A stretch of DNA of 64,000 nucleotides from an uncultured bacterium (lineage in GTDB: Bacteria; Omnitrophota; Omnitrophia; Omnitrophales; Abzuiibacteriaceae): contig CAYLXA010000011.1 of NCBI GenBank assembly GCA_964387845.1, positions 32,001-96,000 on the forward strand, in the 5' to 3' direction. The notes under the pieces were generated by a model. It saw only the letters and a list, made by a program, of their open reading frames with translations, searched no databases and was not told the origin of the DNA. Below, one piece after another: positions 36,896-45,475 of the stretch. Numbering within the stretch: position 1 is the stretch's first letter; each line of letters begins with the position of its first letter. The position numbers and the translations under genes are program-made.

Positions 36896-38452
36896 GTGGA
36901 AACCAAACCAAAACGAAAAATCTATATTTTTGACACCACATTGCGCGACGGCGAGCAATGCCCGGGCGCGTCTTTGTCGCCCGATGAGAAAGTTGAAATC
37001 GCCAAACAGTTAGAACGTCTGAACGTCGACATCATCGAGGCAGGATTTCCGATTGCGTCGCCCGGTGAAATCGAAGCCATCCAGAAAATATCAAAAAGCG
37101 TTAAAAAACCCGTCATTTGCGGCCTTGCCCGCATGATTGAAAAAGATATTCAAGCCGCTAAAGAAGCTTTGAAGTTCGCCAAGCGCAAACGCCTCCACGT
37201 TTTTTTGGCGACTTCCAAAATTCACCGCGAGCATAAGCTCAAGAAAGACCCGACCGAGATTTTAAAGCTCTCATCGCAGATGATCCGCGCTGCCAAAAAG
37301 TCTTTCGACGATATCGAATTTTCACCGGAAGACGCTTCACGCACGGAACGCGATTTCTTGGTGGAAGCCGTTGCTTCCGCCATTGAGGCCGGTGCAACGA
37401 CGGTCAATATTCCGGACACGGTCGGTTATGCGCTTCCATATGAATTCGGCGAATTAATTCAGCATTTGGTCCGCAAAATTCCGGAATTGGGCCGTTCCGT
37501 CAATTTATCGGTGCATTGCCACAACGATTTGGGTTTGGCCGTGGCGAATTCCTTGGCAGCGGTTGAAAACGGCGCCAATCAAGTGGAATGTACGGTGAAT
37601 GGCATCGGCGAGCGCGCGGGTAACGCGTCGATGGAAGAAATCGTGATGGCCATCGATACGCGCAAGGATCACGAAGCGTTTTCCAATCTTTATACCGATG
37701 TGAAACCGGAAGAAATTACAAAAGCCTCCCGTTTGGTATCGCGCTTGACGGGCATGGTGGTTCAGCCGAACAAGGCGATTGTCGGGCGTAACGCGTTCTC
37801 ACACGAATCCGGCATTCATCAGGATGGAATTTTAAAACTCCGGCAAACTTACGAAATTATGGACCCGAAACGGATCGGGCTTTCGGGCAGCGAGCTGGTC
37901 ATGGGCAAGCATTCCGGCCGTCACGCGTTTCGTGAACGTTTGGAAAAACTCAATTTTCATTTAAGCGCCAAGGAAGTCGACAAGGCGTTCGATCGGTTCA
38001 AAGTTCTCGCGGATCAGAAAAAATATGTTTTTGACCGCGATATCGAAACCATTGTTGAAGATCAGCTGTCGACTGTTTCAAAAACTTGGGAATTCGATTA
38101 TTTAAAAATCTCAAGCGAAACCGGCTCAACACCCAAAGCCACTGTCCGTTTAAAGCGGAAACAGAAAACGTTTGAAGCTACATCAGAAGGCGATGGCCCG
38201 GTTGATGCCTGCTACAAAGCGGTCGAGAAAATCGTCAAAATGAACGCGAAGCTCGTTCATTATGCGATCCAATCCGTGACAAGCGGCAAAGACGCGGTCG
38301 GGGAAGTGACCGTAAAACTTTTAATCGGCGGCCAGGAAGTCGCCGGGCGCGGTACGAGCACGGACGTGATCGAAGCCAGCGTCAAGGCGTACATCTTTGC
38401 GGTTAATAAAGTCTGTGCCCGTTATTTGAAAACAAAACGCGCGCCCGTATGA
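36896..38452 (+). CDS. leuA: 2-isopropylmalate synthase
   Basis: IFDTTLRDGEQ motif, HxH metal site (HCHNDLG), and a C-terminal LeuA dimerisation/regulatory domain. GTG start. Confidence 0.88.
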   Translation: METKPKRKIYIFDTTLRDGEQCPGASLSPDEKVEIAKQLERLNVDIIEAGFPIASPGEIEAIQKISKSVKKPVICGLARMIEKDIQAAKEALKFAKRKRLHVFLATSKIHREHKLKKDPTEILKLSSQMIRAAKKSFDDIEFSPEDASRTERDFLVEAVASAIEAGATTVNIPDTVGYALPYEFGELIQHLVRKIPELGRSVNLSVHCHNDLGLAVANSLAAVENGANQVECTVNGIGERAGNASMEEIVMAIDTRKDHEAFSNLYTDVKPEEITKASRLVSRLTGMVVQPNKAIVGRNAFSHESGIHQDGILKLRQTYEIMDPKRIGLSGSELVMGKHSGRHAFRERLEKLNFHLSAKEVDKAFDRFKVLADQKKYVFDRDIETIVEDQLSTVSKTWEFDYLKISSETGSTPKATVRLKRKQKTFEATSEGDGPVDACYKAVEKIVKMNAKLVHYAIQSVTSGKDAVGEVTVKLLIGGQEVAGRGTSTDVIEASVKAYIFAVNKVCARYLKTKRAPV

Positions 38453-39321
38453 AATTTCCGAATTTCAAAGGGCCGAGCGATGAAATCCGGGTTTACGGCC
38501 TTTTCGGGTTTCCGCTTGGGCATTCACTGTCGGCCGAAATGCACAACGCGGCATTCCGTGCGCTCGGCATGGCGGCGATTTATCTTCCGTTTGAGCGCAG
38601 CTCGAAACAATTTCTAAAGCTCGCGTGTTCAAAAAAACGGATGATTCTGGATGGTTTCAATTTAACCATTCCGCACAAAGAATCGATTTTGCCTTATTTA
38701 AACCAAATTGATCCGGCGGCGAAATTGGCAGGTGCGGTCAATACCGTGAAACGCGATGGAAATCGTTGGACCGGTTGGAATACCGATGTTTTCGGGTTTC
38801 TGGCAGGGCTCCGCGAAAGTAAATTTCACGCGCGGGGCAAAAAAGCCGTTATTCTAGGTGCGGGCGGTGCGGCGCGGGCGGTGATGGTTGCACTTCTGAA
38901 GTCAGGTGTCCGCGAAATCGCGGTCATCAACCGGACGCAGTCGAGAGGAAAATCTCTCGCTCGAGAATTCCAGAAGAAATTCCGGAAAGCGGCCATCCGA
39001 AATGCTGCAAAAACTCGGTTGAAACAGGAGTTGGCAAACACTGATCTTTTAGTGAATTCGACTTCGGTAGGTTTAAAGGCGGGCGAGCGCGGTCTTTTAT
39101 CAAAATCGGATTTTCCGAAACGAAAAATTTTAGTTTACGACCTGATTTATCACAAAAAGACGCCGCTTTTGAAGCTTGCCGGCCGGCTCGGGCACCGGGT
39201 TCAAAGCGGCGAAACGATGCTCTTGATGCAAGGCGTTAAAGCATTTGAAATTTGGACCGGGAAAAGGGCGCCTGTCAACGTGATGCGAAAGGCTTTAAAA
39301 GATGCCATCCGAACTGCTTGA
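38449..39321 (+). CDS. aroE: Shikimate dehydrogenase
   Basis: GHSLSAEMHNAAF and ILGAGGAARAV motifs. 290 aa. Confidence 0.85.
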   Translation: MKFPNFKGPSDEIRVYGLFGFPLGHSLSAEMHNAAFRALGMAAIYLPFERSSKQFLKLACSKKRMILDGFNLTIPHKESILPYLNQIDPAAKLAGAVNTVKRDGNRWTGWNTDVFGFLAGLRESKFHARGKKAVILGAGGAARAVMVALLKSGVREIAVINRTQSRGKSLAREFQKKFRKAAIRNAAKTRLKQELANTDLLVNSTSVGLKAGERGLLSKSDFPKRKILVYDLIYHKKTPLLKLAGRLGHRVQSGETMLLMQGVKAFEIWTGKRAPVNVMRKALKDAIRTA

Positions 39322-40081
39322 TGTTTTTCTTTTTGTGTTTGGATTGATTGTCGGAAGCTTTCTGAATGTGTGTATTCACCGCTTTCCGCGCGAGGAGTCA
39401 ATCGTTTCGCCCGGCTCGCATTGCCCGGCATGCGGCAAGCCGGTTGCGTGGTATGACAATATTCCGCTGGTCAGTTATTTGATTTTGGGCCGGAAATGCC
39501 GGCATTGCGGAATCAAGATTTCATCACGTTATTTTTTTATCGAGCTCATAACCGGCATCGCATTTTTAGCGTCCGTGCGGTTTTTCGGCTGGACGGGGCA
39601 GGCGGCTGCCTCGGCGTGCTTTTTGGCGATTTTGCTCGGAATCAGCGCGACGGATATGGAGCATCAGATTATTCCGGATGAATTCAGTCTCGGCGGTTTG
39701 GCGCTCGGGTTTTGTTTTAGTGCGGCGTTTCCGGTTTTGCACCGCGAAACGGAAATTTTGCGCTCTATTTTGATGAGCGCAATCGGCGCGCTGGCCGGCG
39801 GCGGCGCGATTTATTTGACCGGCGTTTTCGGCGAATTTGTTTTCAAAAAAGAAAGCATGGGCGGCGGCGATGTGAAGCTCATGGCTATGATGGGCGCTTT
39901 TTTGGGCTGGCAGGGTGTCCTGCTGGTTTATTTTTTATCGCCGCTCCTTGCGCTTCCGCTCGGGGTTTACGTGAAATTCAGGAAGAAAGAAGATTATATT
40001 CCGTACGGCCCTTTTTTGGCGCTTTCGGGCGTTGTGGTTTTATTTTTTGGTGATTATTTACTTCGCAATCTCATTTTTTAA
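39302..40081 (+). CDS. pilD: Prepilin peptidase (A24 family, type IV pilin leader peptidase / N-methyltransferase)
   Basis: Zinc-binding CPACGK…CRHCG tetracysteine, polytopic membrane domain, GGGDVKL active-site region. Overlaps aroE by 20 nt. Confidence 0.85.
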   Translation: MPSELLDVFLFVFGLIVGSFLNVCIHRFPREESIVSPGSHCPACGKPVAWYDNIPLVSYLILGRKCRHCGIKISSRYFFIELITGIAFLASVRFFGWTGQAAASACFLAILLGISATDMEHQIIPDEFSLGGLALGFCFSAAFPVLHRETEILRSILMSAIGALAGGGAIYLTGVFGEFVFKKESMGGGDVKLMAMMGAFLGWQGVLLVYFLSPLLALPLGVYVKFRKKEDYIPYGPFLALSGVVVLFFGDYLLRNLIF

Positions 40082-40096
40082 GAAAAGAGGAAATTC

Positions 40097-41221
40097 ATGC
40101 TGCAATACATGACATCAGGCGAATCGCACGGCGCATATTTGTCCGCCATTTTGGAAGGCATGCCGAGCGGCATTCCCGTAGACTTGGCGGCGATCAATCA
40201 GGATCTTGCGAGGCGCCAGCAGGGCTACGGCCGCGGCGGGCGTCAGCAGATTGAAAAAGACGAAGTTGTGATCACAGGCGGCATTTACCAAGGCAAAACA
40301 ACGGGTGCACCGATCGGCTTTTTGCTTGCCAATAAAGATGTCAAAATCGACAAACTTCCGCAGCTTTCGCGGCCCCGGCCCGGCCATGCAGACCTGTCAG
40401 GATCTCTGAAGTACAACGAAGGTATCCGTGAAATTTTAGAGCGCGCCAGCGCCCGCGAAACCGCAATGCGAGTCGCGGTCGGCGGAATGGCAAAATTATT
40501 TTTGAAGCAATTTGACGTCCAAATCGCGGCGCATGTTGTCCAGATTGGATCCGTTAAAATTAGCGAAAAGCAACCCGTCACTTTTTCGGATATTTTGAAA
40601 AAGAGAGAAGGTTCGCAAGCAGCTTGCATCGATCGCGATGCCGAAGCGAAAATGATTACATTGATCGATGAAGCTTTGAAAGCGCGCACGACCGTCGGCG
40701 GCATTTACGAAGTCCGCGCAAACCATATTCCGATCGGCTTGGGTTCGCACGTGCATTACAAACGCAAACTCGACGGCCGCATTGCGCAGGCATTCATGAG
40801 CATGCAATCCGTGAAAGCCGTGGAAATCGGCCTCGGGACGCGCGTTGCCGAAACGCCCGGTCACGAAGCACATGATGAAATCTTATATGAAAAGGGAAAA
40901 GGATATCGGCATGCCACGAATCGCGCAGGCGGCATTGAAGGCGGGATGTCAAACGGCGAAGAAATCGTGGTCCGCGCGACAATGAAGCCGATTTCGACTT
41001 TAAGGCAGCCTTTACGCTCGGTCAATATGAAGACCAAGCAGGAAGAGCGCGCCGACTTCGAGCGTTCCGACATTTGTGCGGTGCCCGCCGGAAGCGTGAT
41101 CGGCGAATCCATTTTGGCGTTTGAACTTGCGGATGCATTTGTTGAGAAGTTCGGCGGTGATTCTGTCACCGAAATGAAACGCAATTACGACGGCTATCAG
41201 GAACAATTGAAAAAAAGTTAA
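40097..41221 (+). CDS. aroC: Chorismate synthase
   Basis: TSGESHG N-terminal signature. 374 aa. Confidence 0.92.
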   Translation: MLQYMTSGESHGAYLSAILEGMPSGIPVDLAAINQDLARRQQGYGRGGRQQIEKDEVVITGGIYQGKTTGAPIGFLLANKDVKIDKLPQLSRPRPGHADLSGSLKYNEGIREILERASARETAMRVAVGGMAKLFLKQFDVQIAAHVVQIGSVKISEKQPVTFSDILKKREGSQAACIDRDAEAKMITLIDEALKARTTVGGIYEVRANHIPIGLGSHVHYKRKLDGRIAQAFMSMQSVKAVEIGLGTRVAETPGHEAHDEILYEKGKGYRHATNRAGGIEGGMSNGEEIVVRATMKPISTLRQPLRSVNMKTKQEERADFERSDICAVPAGSVIGESILAFELADAFVEKFGGDSVTEMKRNYDGYQEQLKKS

Positions 41222-41258
41222 TCCACAGCATTCCCTCCGCTGGCTGATTGGCTTATCT

Positions 41259-41765
41259 ATGGAAAATATTTACCTCATTGGGATGATGGGTTCCGGGAAA
41301 TCCACGACGGCGGTTGAGTTGGCAAAATTTTTGAAGTCAAAAACCGCCGACATTGATGACTTGATCGTCAAGGCCGCGAAAAAAAGCATCAATCAAATCT
41401 TCCAGGAAGACGGCGAGCCGGCATTTCGCGATTTGGAATCGAAGCTGCTTGGAGAAACGTCGCAAAAGAAGGCACAAGTGGTGGCAACGGGTGGCGGGGT
41501 TGTGCTGAAGCCGAAAAATGTGGAGCAAATGCAGGACTCGGGAACCGTTATTTATTTAAAAACCAGTTTTTCGATTTTATGGGAACGCGTGCAACACAAT
41601 CAAAACCGGCCGCTTTTGCGGGGCGATTCTCCGGAAGCAGCCCTGAAACAGATTTTTGAGGAAAGAACGCCGCTTTATGAAAAGGCAGCGCAGCATGTGT
41701 TTTTGACGGACCAAAAAACACCGAAACAGGTTGCGCAGGAAATTTTTGAACGGTTATTCAAGTGA
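41259..41765 (+). CDS. aroK: Shikimate kinase
   Basis: Walker A GMMGSGKST. 168 aa. Confidence 0.85.
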   Translation: MENIYLIGMMGSGKSTTAVELAKFLKSKTADIDDLIVKAAKKSINQIFQEDGEPAFRDLESKLLGETSQKKAQVVATGGGVVLKPKNVEQMQDSGTVIYLKTSFSILWERVQHNQNRPLLRGDSPEAALKQIFEERTPLYEKAAQHVFLTDQKTPKQVAQEIFERLFK

Positions 41766-41772
41766 ACTGATG

Positions 41773-42918
41773 AAAAAAATCAGAGTGAATTTAAAAAACA
41801 GGCCTTACGACATTCTCGTCGGGCGTGGTTTGCTTAAGCAAGCCGGAAAACTCTTGAAATCGGTTGCTTCGGGGCGAAAAGTGTTTGTGGTTTCGAACCG
41901 GAAAATCGCAAAAGCAGCCGGAATTTTCAAAATCCTGAACGCTTCGCTCAAAAAGTCCGGCTTTGAAGTGATTTACCACGAACTGCCGAACGGCAATGAA
42001 AAAGATAAGTCAGAAACAGAGCTTCTCAAATTGTGGAAATCGATGGCACGCGCCCGGCTCGACCGCTCGAGCACCGTGATCGGATTGGGCGGCGGTGTTG
42101 CGGGTGATATTGCCGGATTTGCGGCGTCGACTTACATGCGCGGAATCAATGTGGTGCAAATTCCCACGACGCTTTTGGCACAGGTGGACAGCGCCATCGG
42201 CGGAAAAACCGGAATTGATCTGACGAACGCTAAAAACATGGTCGGTACTTTTCATCAGCCGAAATTGGTGATTTCGGACTTGGATTTGGTGGCGCATTTA
42301 CCGCTCGGTGTTCTGCAAGGTTCTTTTGCGGAAATCATTAAGTACGGCGTCATTCGGGACCCGAAATTATTTGAGCTTTTAGAGGCGTATGGTGAGGCAT
42401 TTTTGACGCATGCCGCACAGAAGCGCCTCTCAGGCCGTGATTTTGCATTCTTGCAGAATGTCGTGGCCCGGTCGGCCAAAATCAAGGCTGAGGTGGTTGC
42501 GAAGGATGAATATGAGACAAAAGGGCTCCGGATGATCCTTAATTACGGCCATACTTTTGGCCATGCTCTGGAAGGTGCCTCCAATTATAAGCTAACTCAT
42601 GGTCAAGCAGTAGGTTATGGCATGCATTTGGCGGCTTGCCTGGCTCATCGGTTAGGCCTGGCAGGGCCTCGTTTTGTGATCCGACAGGGCTGTTTGATCG
42701 AAAGTTTGGGCCTTTCGACCGACATTTTGGAGGTTGGCCGGAAAAATCGGTTGCATTCGAAGGCTTTAATTGATTTAATGCTTCGGGATAAAAAGACACG
42801 CAGTGGACGTGTTCGTTTTATCCTGCCGAGGCGAATCGGAAAAGTCGAGGTTGTGACGTTTCAAAAACCCGATTTGGCTTTGGTGCGGGATATTTTTAGG
42901 AAGTTAGGGATTCGTTAA
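41773..42918 (+). CDS. aroB: 3-dehydroquinate synthase
   Basis: GGGV(A)GD NAD-binding motif, and metal-binding motifs at …NYGHTFGHALE… and HGQAV. The start is taken at MKKIRV. Confidence 0.88.
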   Translation, partial: KKIRVNLKNRPYDILVGRGLLKQAGKLLKSVASGRKVFVVSNRKIAKAAGIFKILNASLKKSGFEVIYHELPNGNEKDKSETELLKLWKSMARARLDRSSTVIGLGGGVAGDIAGFAASTYMRGINVVQIPTTLLAQVDSAIGGKTGIDLTNAKNMVGTFHQPKLVISDLDLVAHLPLGVLQGSFAEIIKYGVIRDPKLFELLEAYGEAFLTHAAQKRLSGRDFAFLQNVVARSAKIKAEVVAKDEYETKGLRMILNYGHTFGHALEGASNYKLTHGQAVGYGMHLAACLAHRLGLAGPRFVIRQGCLIESLGLSTDILEVGRKNRLHSKALIDLMLRDKKTRSGRVRFILPRRIGKVEVVTFQKPDLALVRDIFRKLGIR

Positions 42919-42939
42919 CGTTGAACGTGAAGGTTTGTC

Positions 42940-43044
42940 ATGAAGGTAGTCAGGTTTGTGCTCGGCGTTGTGGTAGGGCTGGTATTTGTGCAGGTGATTA
43001 GCTGGCTGAATGCGACGTACTTGTGGGCATATTTTTATAGATAA
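42940..43044 (+). CDS. Unannotated 34-aa hydrophobic small ORF (MKVVRFVLGVVVGLVFVQVISWLNATYLWAYFYR) just upstream of dprA
   Basis: GAAGG lies 7 nt before the ATG. A single TM helix is predicted. Under 60 aa, so absent from the ORF track. Confidence 0.25.
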   Translation: MKVVRFVLGVVVGLVFVQVISWLNATYLWAYFYR

Positions 43045-43052
43045 GGAGGGCT

Positions 43053-44183
43053 ATGCGGGACGAAGAAGCCATTCTTCTACTGTCTCAAACTAGCCTCCAC
43101 GCAAAAAAGCTCAAAACGGTTTTTGAAAGCAAGATTCCGCTTGCGCGTTTTCTCGAATATCCTCTCCAATTTCAAAATCAGTTAGCCGGCGTTATTTCTC
43201 CGGAATTTTTGAGTTCGCTCGAACTTGCGAAATCGCAGTATAGGCCGGAGTCTGTCCTGGAGCGCTGCGCAGAACTCGGCGTTCAAATCATCGGTTACAC
43301 GGATGAACGTTATCCGTCACTTCTCCGGGAGATTCATGATCCGCCGGCGCTCCTATATGTCAAAGGCCGTTTAATTCCGGAAGACCGGATTGCCATGGCG
43401 CTCGTCGGTTCGCGTTATCCGAGCGCCTACGGGATGAAAATGGCGCACCGGTTTTCTTATGAACTGGCGGAAGCCGGCGTCACGGTTGTCTCGGGGATGG
43501 CGCGCGGCGTGGATGCCGAAACGCATCGCGGAGCGCTGAAAGCCCGCGGCCGGACGGTCGCGGTTTTGGGATCCGGAGTCAACGTGGTTTACCCGAAGGA
43601 AAATCAGAAATTATACGACGAGATTTCGGAGAAGGGCGCCGTGGTCAGCGAATTTCCTTTGGATATGAAACCGCTCGCTTTCAATTTTCCGATGCGTAAC
43701 CGCATCATTGCCGGCATGTCGCTCGGCGTTTTGGTCGTTGAAGCGCATTCGAAAAGCGGTTCATTAATCACTTCATCCTTTGCAGCCGAAGAAAACAGGG
43801 AAGTTTACGCCATTCCGGGGCCTGTTGATGCGATTCAGTCGCGCGGAACCAATACTTTGATTCAGCAGGGCGCCAAACTGGTTCAATCTTCGGAAGATAT
43901 TCTCACGGATTTGGAACTTGTGTTTAAATCGGACCCCTTATTGAAAGAAGAGGCGGTTGTGGACGGCGATCATTCTGATTTGGCACTCGATGATGAAGAG
44001 TCAAAAATTCTTTCGATTTATGAAGCTCGCGGAGTCCAAGAATTGATGCTGGAGGAAATTGAAAAAGAAGCCAATTTTCAGCCGAGGACACTTTGCAAAC
44101 AGCTGCTTCAGTTGGAATTGAAAGGATTGGTCCGTAAGCGCCCCGGAGGACTATACGAAAGGGCTCAAGAAAACAGCGTTTGA
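43053..44183 (+). CDS. dprA: DNA processing protein A (Smf)
   Basis: Rossmann-like motifs VGSR…VSGMARGVD…AVLGSG. C-terminal winged-helix-like tail. AAGGAGGG RBS. Confidence 0.88.
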   Translation: MRDEEAILLLSQTSLHAKKLKTVFESKIPLARFLEYPLQFQNQLAGVISPEFLSSLELAKSQYRPESVLERCAELGVQIIGYTDERYPSLLREIHDPPALLYVKGRLIPEDRIAMALVGSRYPSAYGMKMAHRFSYELAEAGVTVVSGMARGVDAETHRGALKARGRTVAVLGSGVNVVYPKENQKLYDEISEKGAVVSEFPLDMKPLAFNFPMRNRIIAGMSLGVLVVEAHSKSGSLITSSFAAEENREVYAIPGPVDAIQSRGTNTLIQQGAKLVQSSEDILTDLELVFKSDPLLKEEAVVDGDHSDLALDDEESKILSIYEARGVQELMLEEIEKEANFQPRTLCKQLLQLELKGLVRKRPGGLYERAQENSV

Positions 44184-44244
44184 AAACGTTATTATCTTCA
44201 GGTATTATCTCTACAGTTCAATCCATCAGTTATGAAAGGAGTTT

Positions 44245-44658
44245 GTGATGAGTGAAACAATTCAAATGGGAAGCGGTTCGGCATCGGCTCCAAAGGGCAA
44301 GCGCTTTGCGGTAGCCATTATCGATCTATTCTTTATTCCGATTATTTTGGGCGTGGTTGCCGGCTTGATCCTGATTGCGGTACCTGAAGTTGTCCGTAAC
44401 ATTTTGCTGATCGTTCTCAACATCGGATGGTTGATTTTTCGCGATGTGGTGTATTCTCCGGGACGCAGCATGGTGGGTCTGAAGTTGGTCAGTCTCACGG
44501 GCGGAAAAGTGACAGTTGCTCAAGCTTTCATCCGAAATGTCCTCTTGATTGTGCCGTTTGTGCTGATTATTGGCTACATCGTGGAAATCGTCATGGTTTT
44601 CAGTAAGGGCAATCGGTTAGCAGACGGATGGGCGAAGACCCAGGTGGTTGCGGCTTAA
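44245..44658 (+). CDS. RDD-family membrane protein
   Basis: RDD-domain signature (…FRDVVYSPGRSMVGLKLV…) with 3 TM helices. Confidence 0.6.
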   Translation: MMSETIQMGSGSASAPKGKRFAVAIIDLFFIPIILGVVAGLILIAVPEVVRNILLIVLNIGWLIFRDVVYSPGRSMVGLKLVSLTGGKVTVAQAFIRNVLLIVPFVLIIGYIVEIVMVFSKGNRLADGWAKTQVVAA

Positions 44659-44675
44659 TTCAAAACTGTTGGACG

Positions 44676-44712
44676 AAAATGCCTTCTGATTAAGGTCAGA
44701 AGGCATTTTTTG
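44676..44712 (+). terminator. Rho-independent terminator
   Basis: 13-bp stem AAATGCCTTCTGA/TCAGAAGGCATTT with the loop TTAAGG, followed by a T6 run. Confidence 0.65.
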
Positions 44713-44726
44713 TTAAAGGGGAAGGT

Positions 44727-45101
44727 ATGGCCAAGCGGAAGGTGAATGTTAAAAAGATCACAGCAGATCAAGAGCTTCGGGAGCTCCGGCGCGAGCTCCG
44801 GCTGATGCAGCAGGACATGGGGTATATGAAAAAGCATGTCGATAAGCTTTGGGAGCTGGGTACCGAGTCGAGCAAAAGACTCCAGGATGCCGAAGTCCAG
44901 ATCAACCTCTTAAGCCGCTTGGTCGTGACTTTGGCCATTGAAAAGATGAATATGCGTCTTTCGGTTTTAAGGCGCATGATTCGCCGCATTGAGAAGGACG
45001 CTATTACAGATTCGCAAATCCAACAGCTTGAAAGTCTTTACAAGCTTGAACATCCGGCAGATGCTGATAAGAAATCCAAGGACGCTGAATCGGACGCATA
45101 G
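44727..45101 (+). CDS. Coiled-coil hypothetical protein
   Basis: 124 aa, heptad-rich and charged. No recognisable family. Confidence 0.45.
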   Translation: MAKRKVNVKKITADQELRELRRELRLMQQDMGYMKKHVDKLWELGTESSKRLQDAEVQINLLSRLVVTLAIEKMNMRLSVLRRMIRRIEKDAITDSQIQQLESLYKLEHPADADKKSKDAESDA

Positions 45102-45266
45102 CTGTCACAAGTTGTTTTATTTAAATAAGTTACAAGCACTCATTAACGTCCGATAATCCTCCCCTTTACAAATCTAACGAACTTCTATAGAATTAACCGT
45201 TTTTGTTTGGTCTCAAAATAACCGATATAAGTAGGGTTGCAGGATTTATCTGTCAGGATCGATTTG

Positions 45267-45470
45267 ATGAAACTCAGAATTAACGGCGATTGGATGGAGA
45301 TCAAGGAAGGCCTTAACTTATCGGGCTTACTAAAAGATATGCAAATAGCGCCTCGGGGCGTGGCGGTAGAACTGAATAAACAAGTGCTTTCGCCGAAAGA
45401 ACCATGGGAGAACATCATGCTGAAAGAAGGCGATATGCTTGAAATTGTCCACGCTGTGGCGGGGGGCTGA
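45267..45470 (+). CDS. thiS: ThiS/MoaD-family sulfur-carrier (ubiquitin-like beta-grasp) protein ending in Gly-Gly
   Basis: 67 aa, MKLRINGDWMEI…LEIVHAVAGG. C-terminal GG. No thiF/thiG/moaE in the window. Confidence 0.6.
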   Translation: MKLRINGDWMEIKEGLNLSGLLKDMQIAPRGVAVELNKQVLSPKEPWENIMLKEGDMLEIVHAVAGG

Positions 45471-45475
45471 GCGGC

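Noticed and set aside
45102-45266. TPP riboswitch upstream of thiS
   Set aside because: There is no CUGAGA or ACCUGAUCUGGAUAAUGCCAGCG-like core. An Infernal scan would be definitive.
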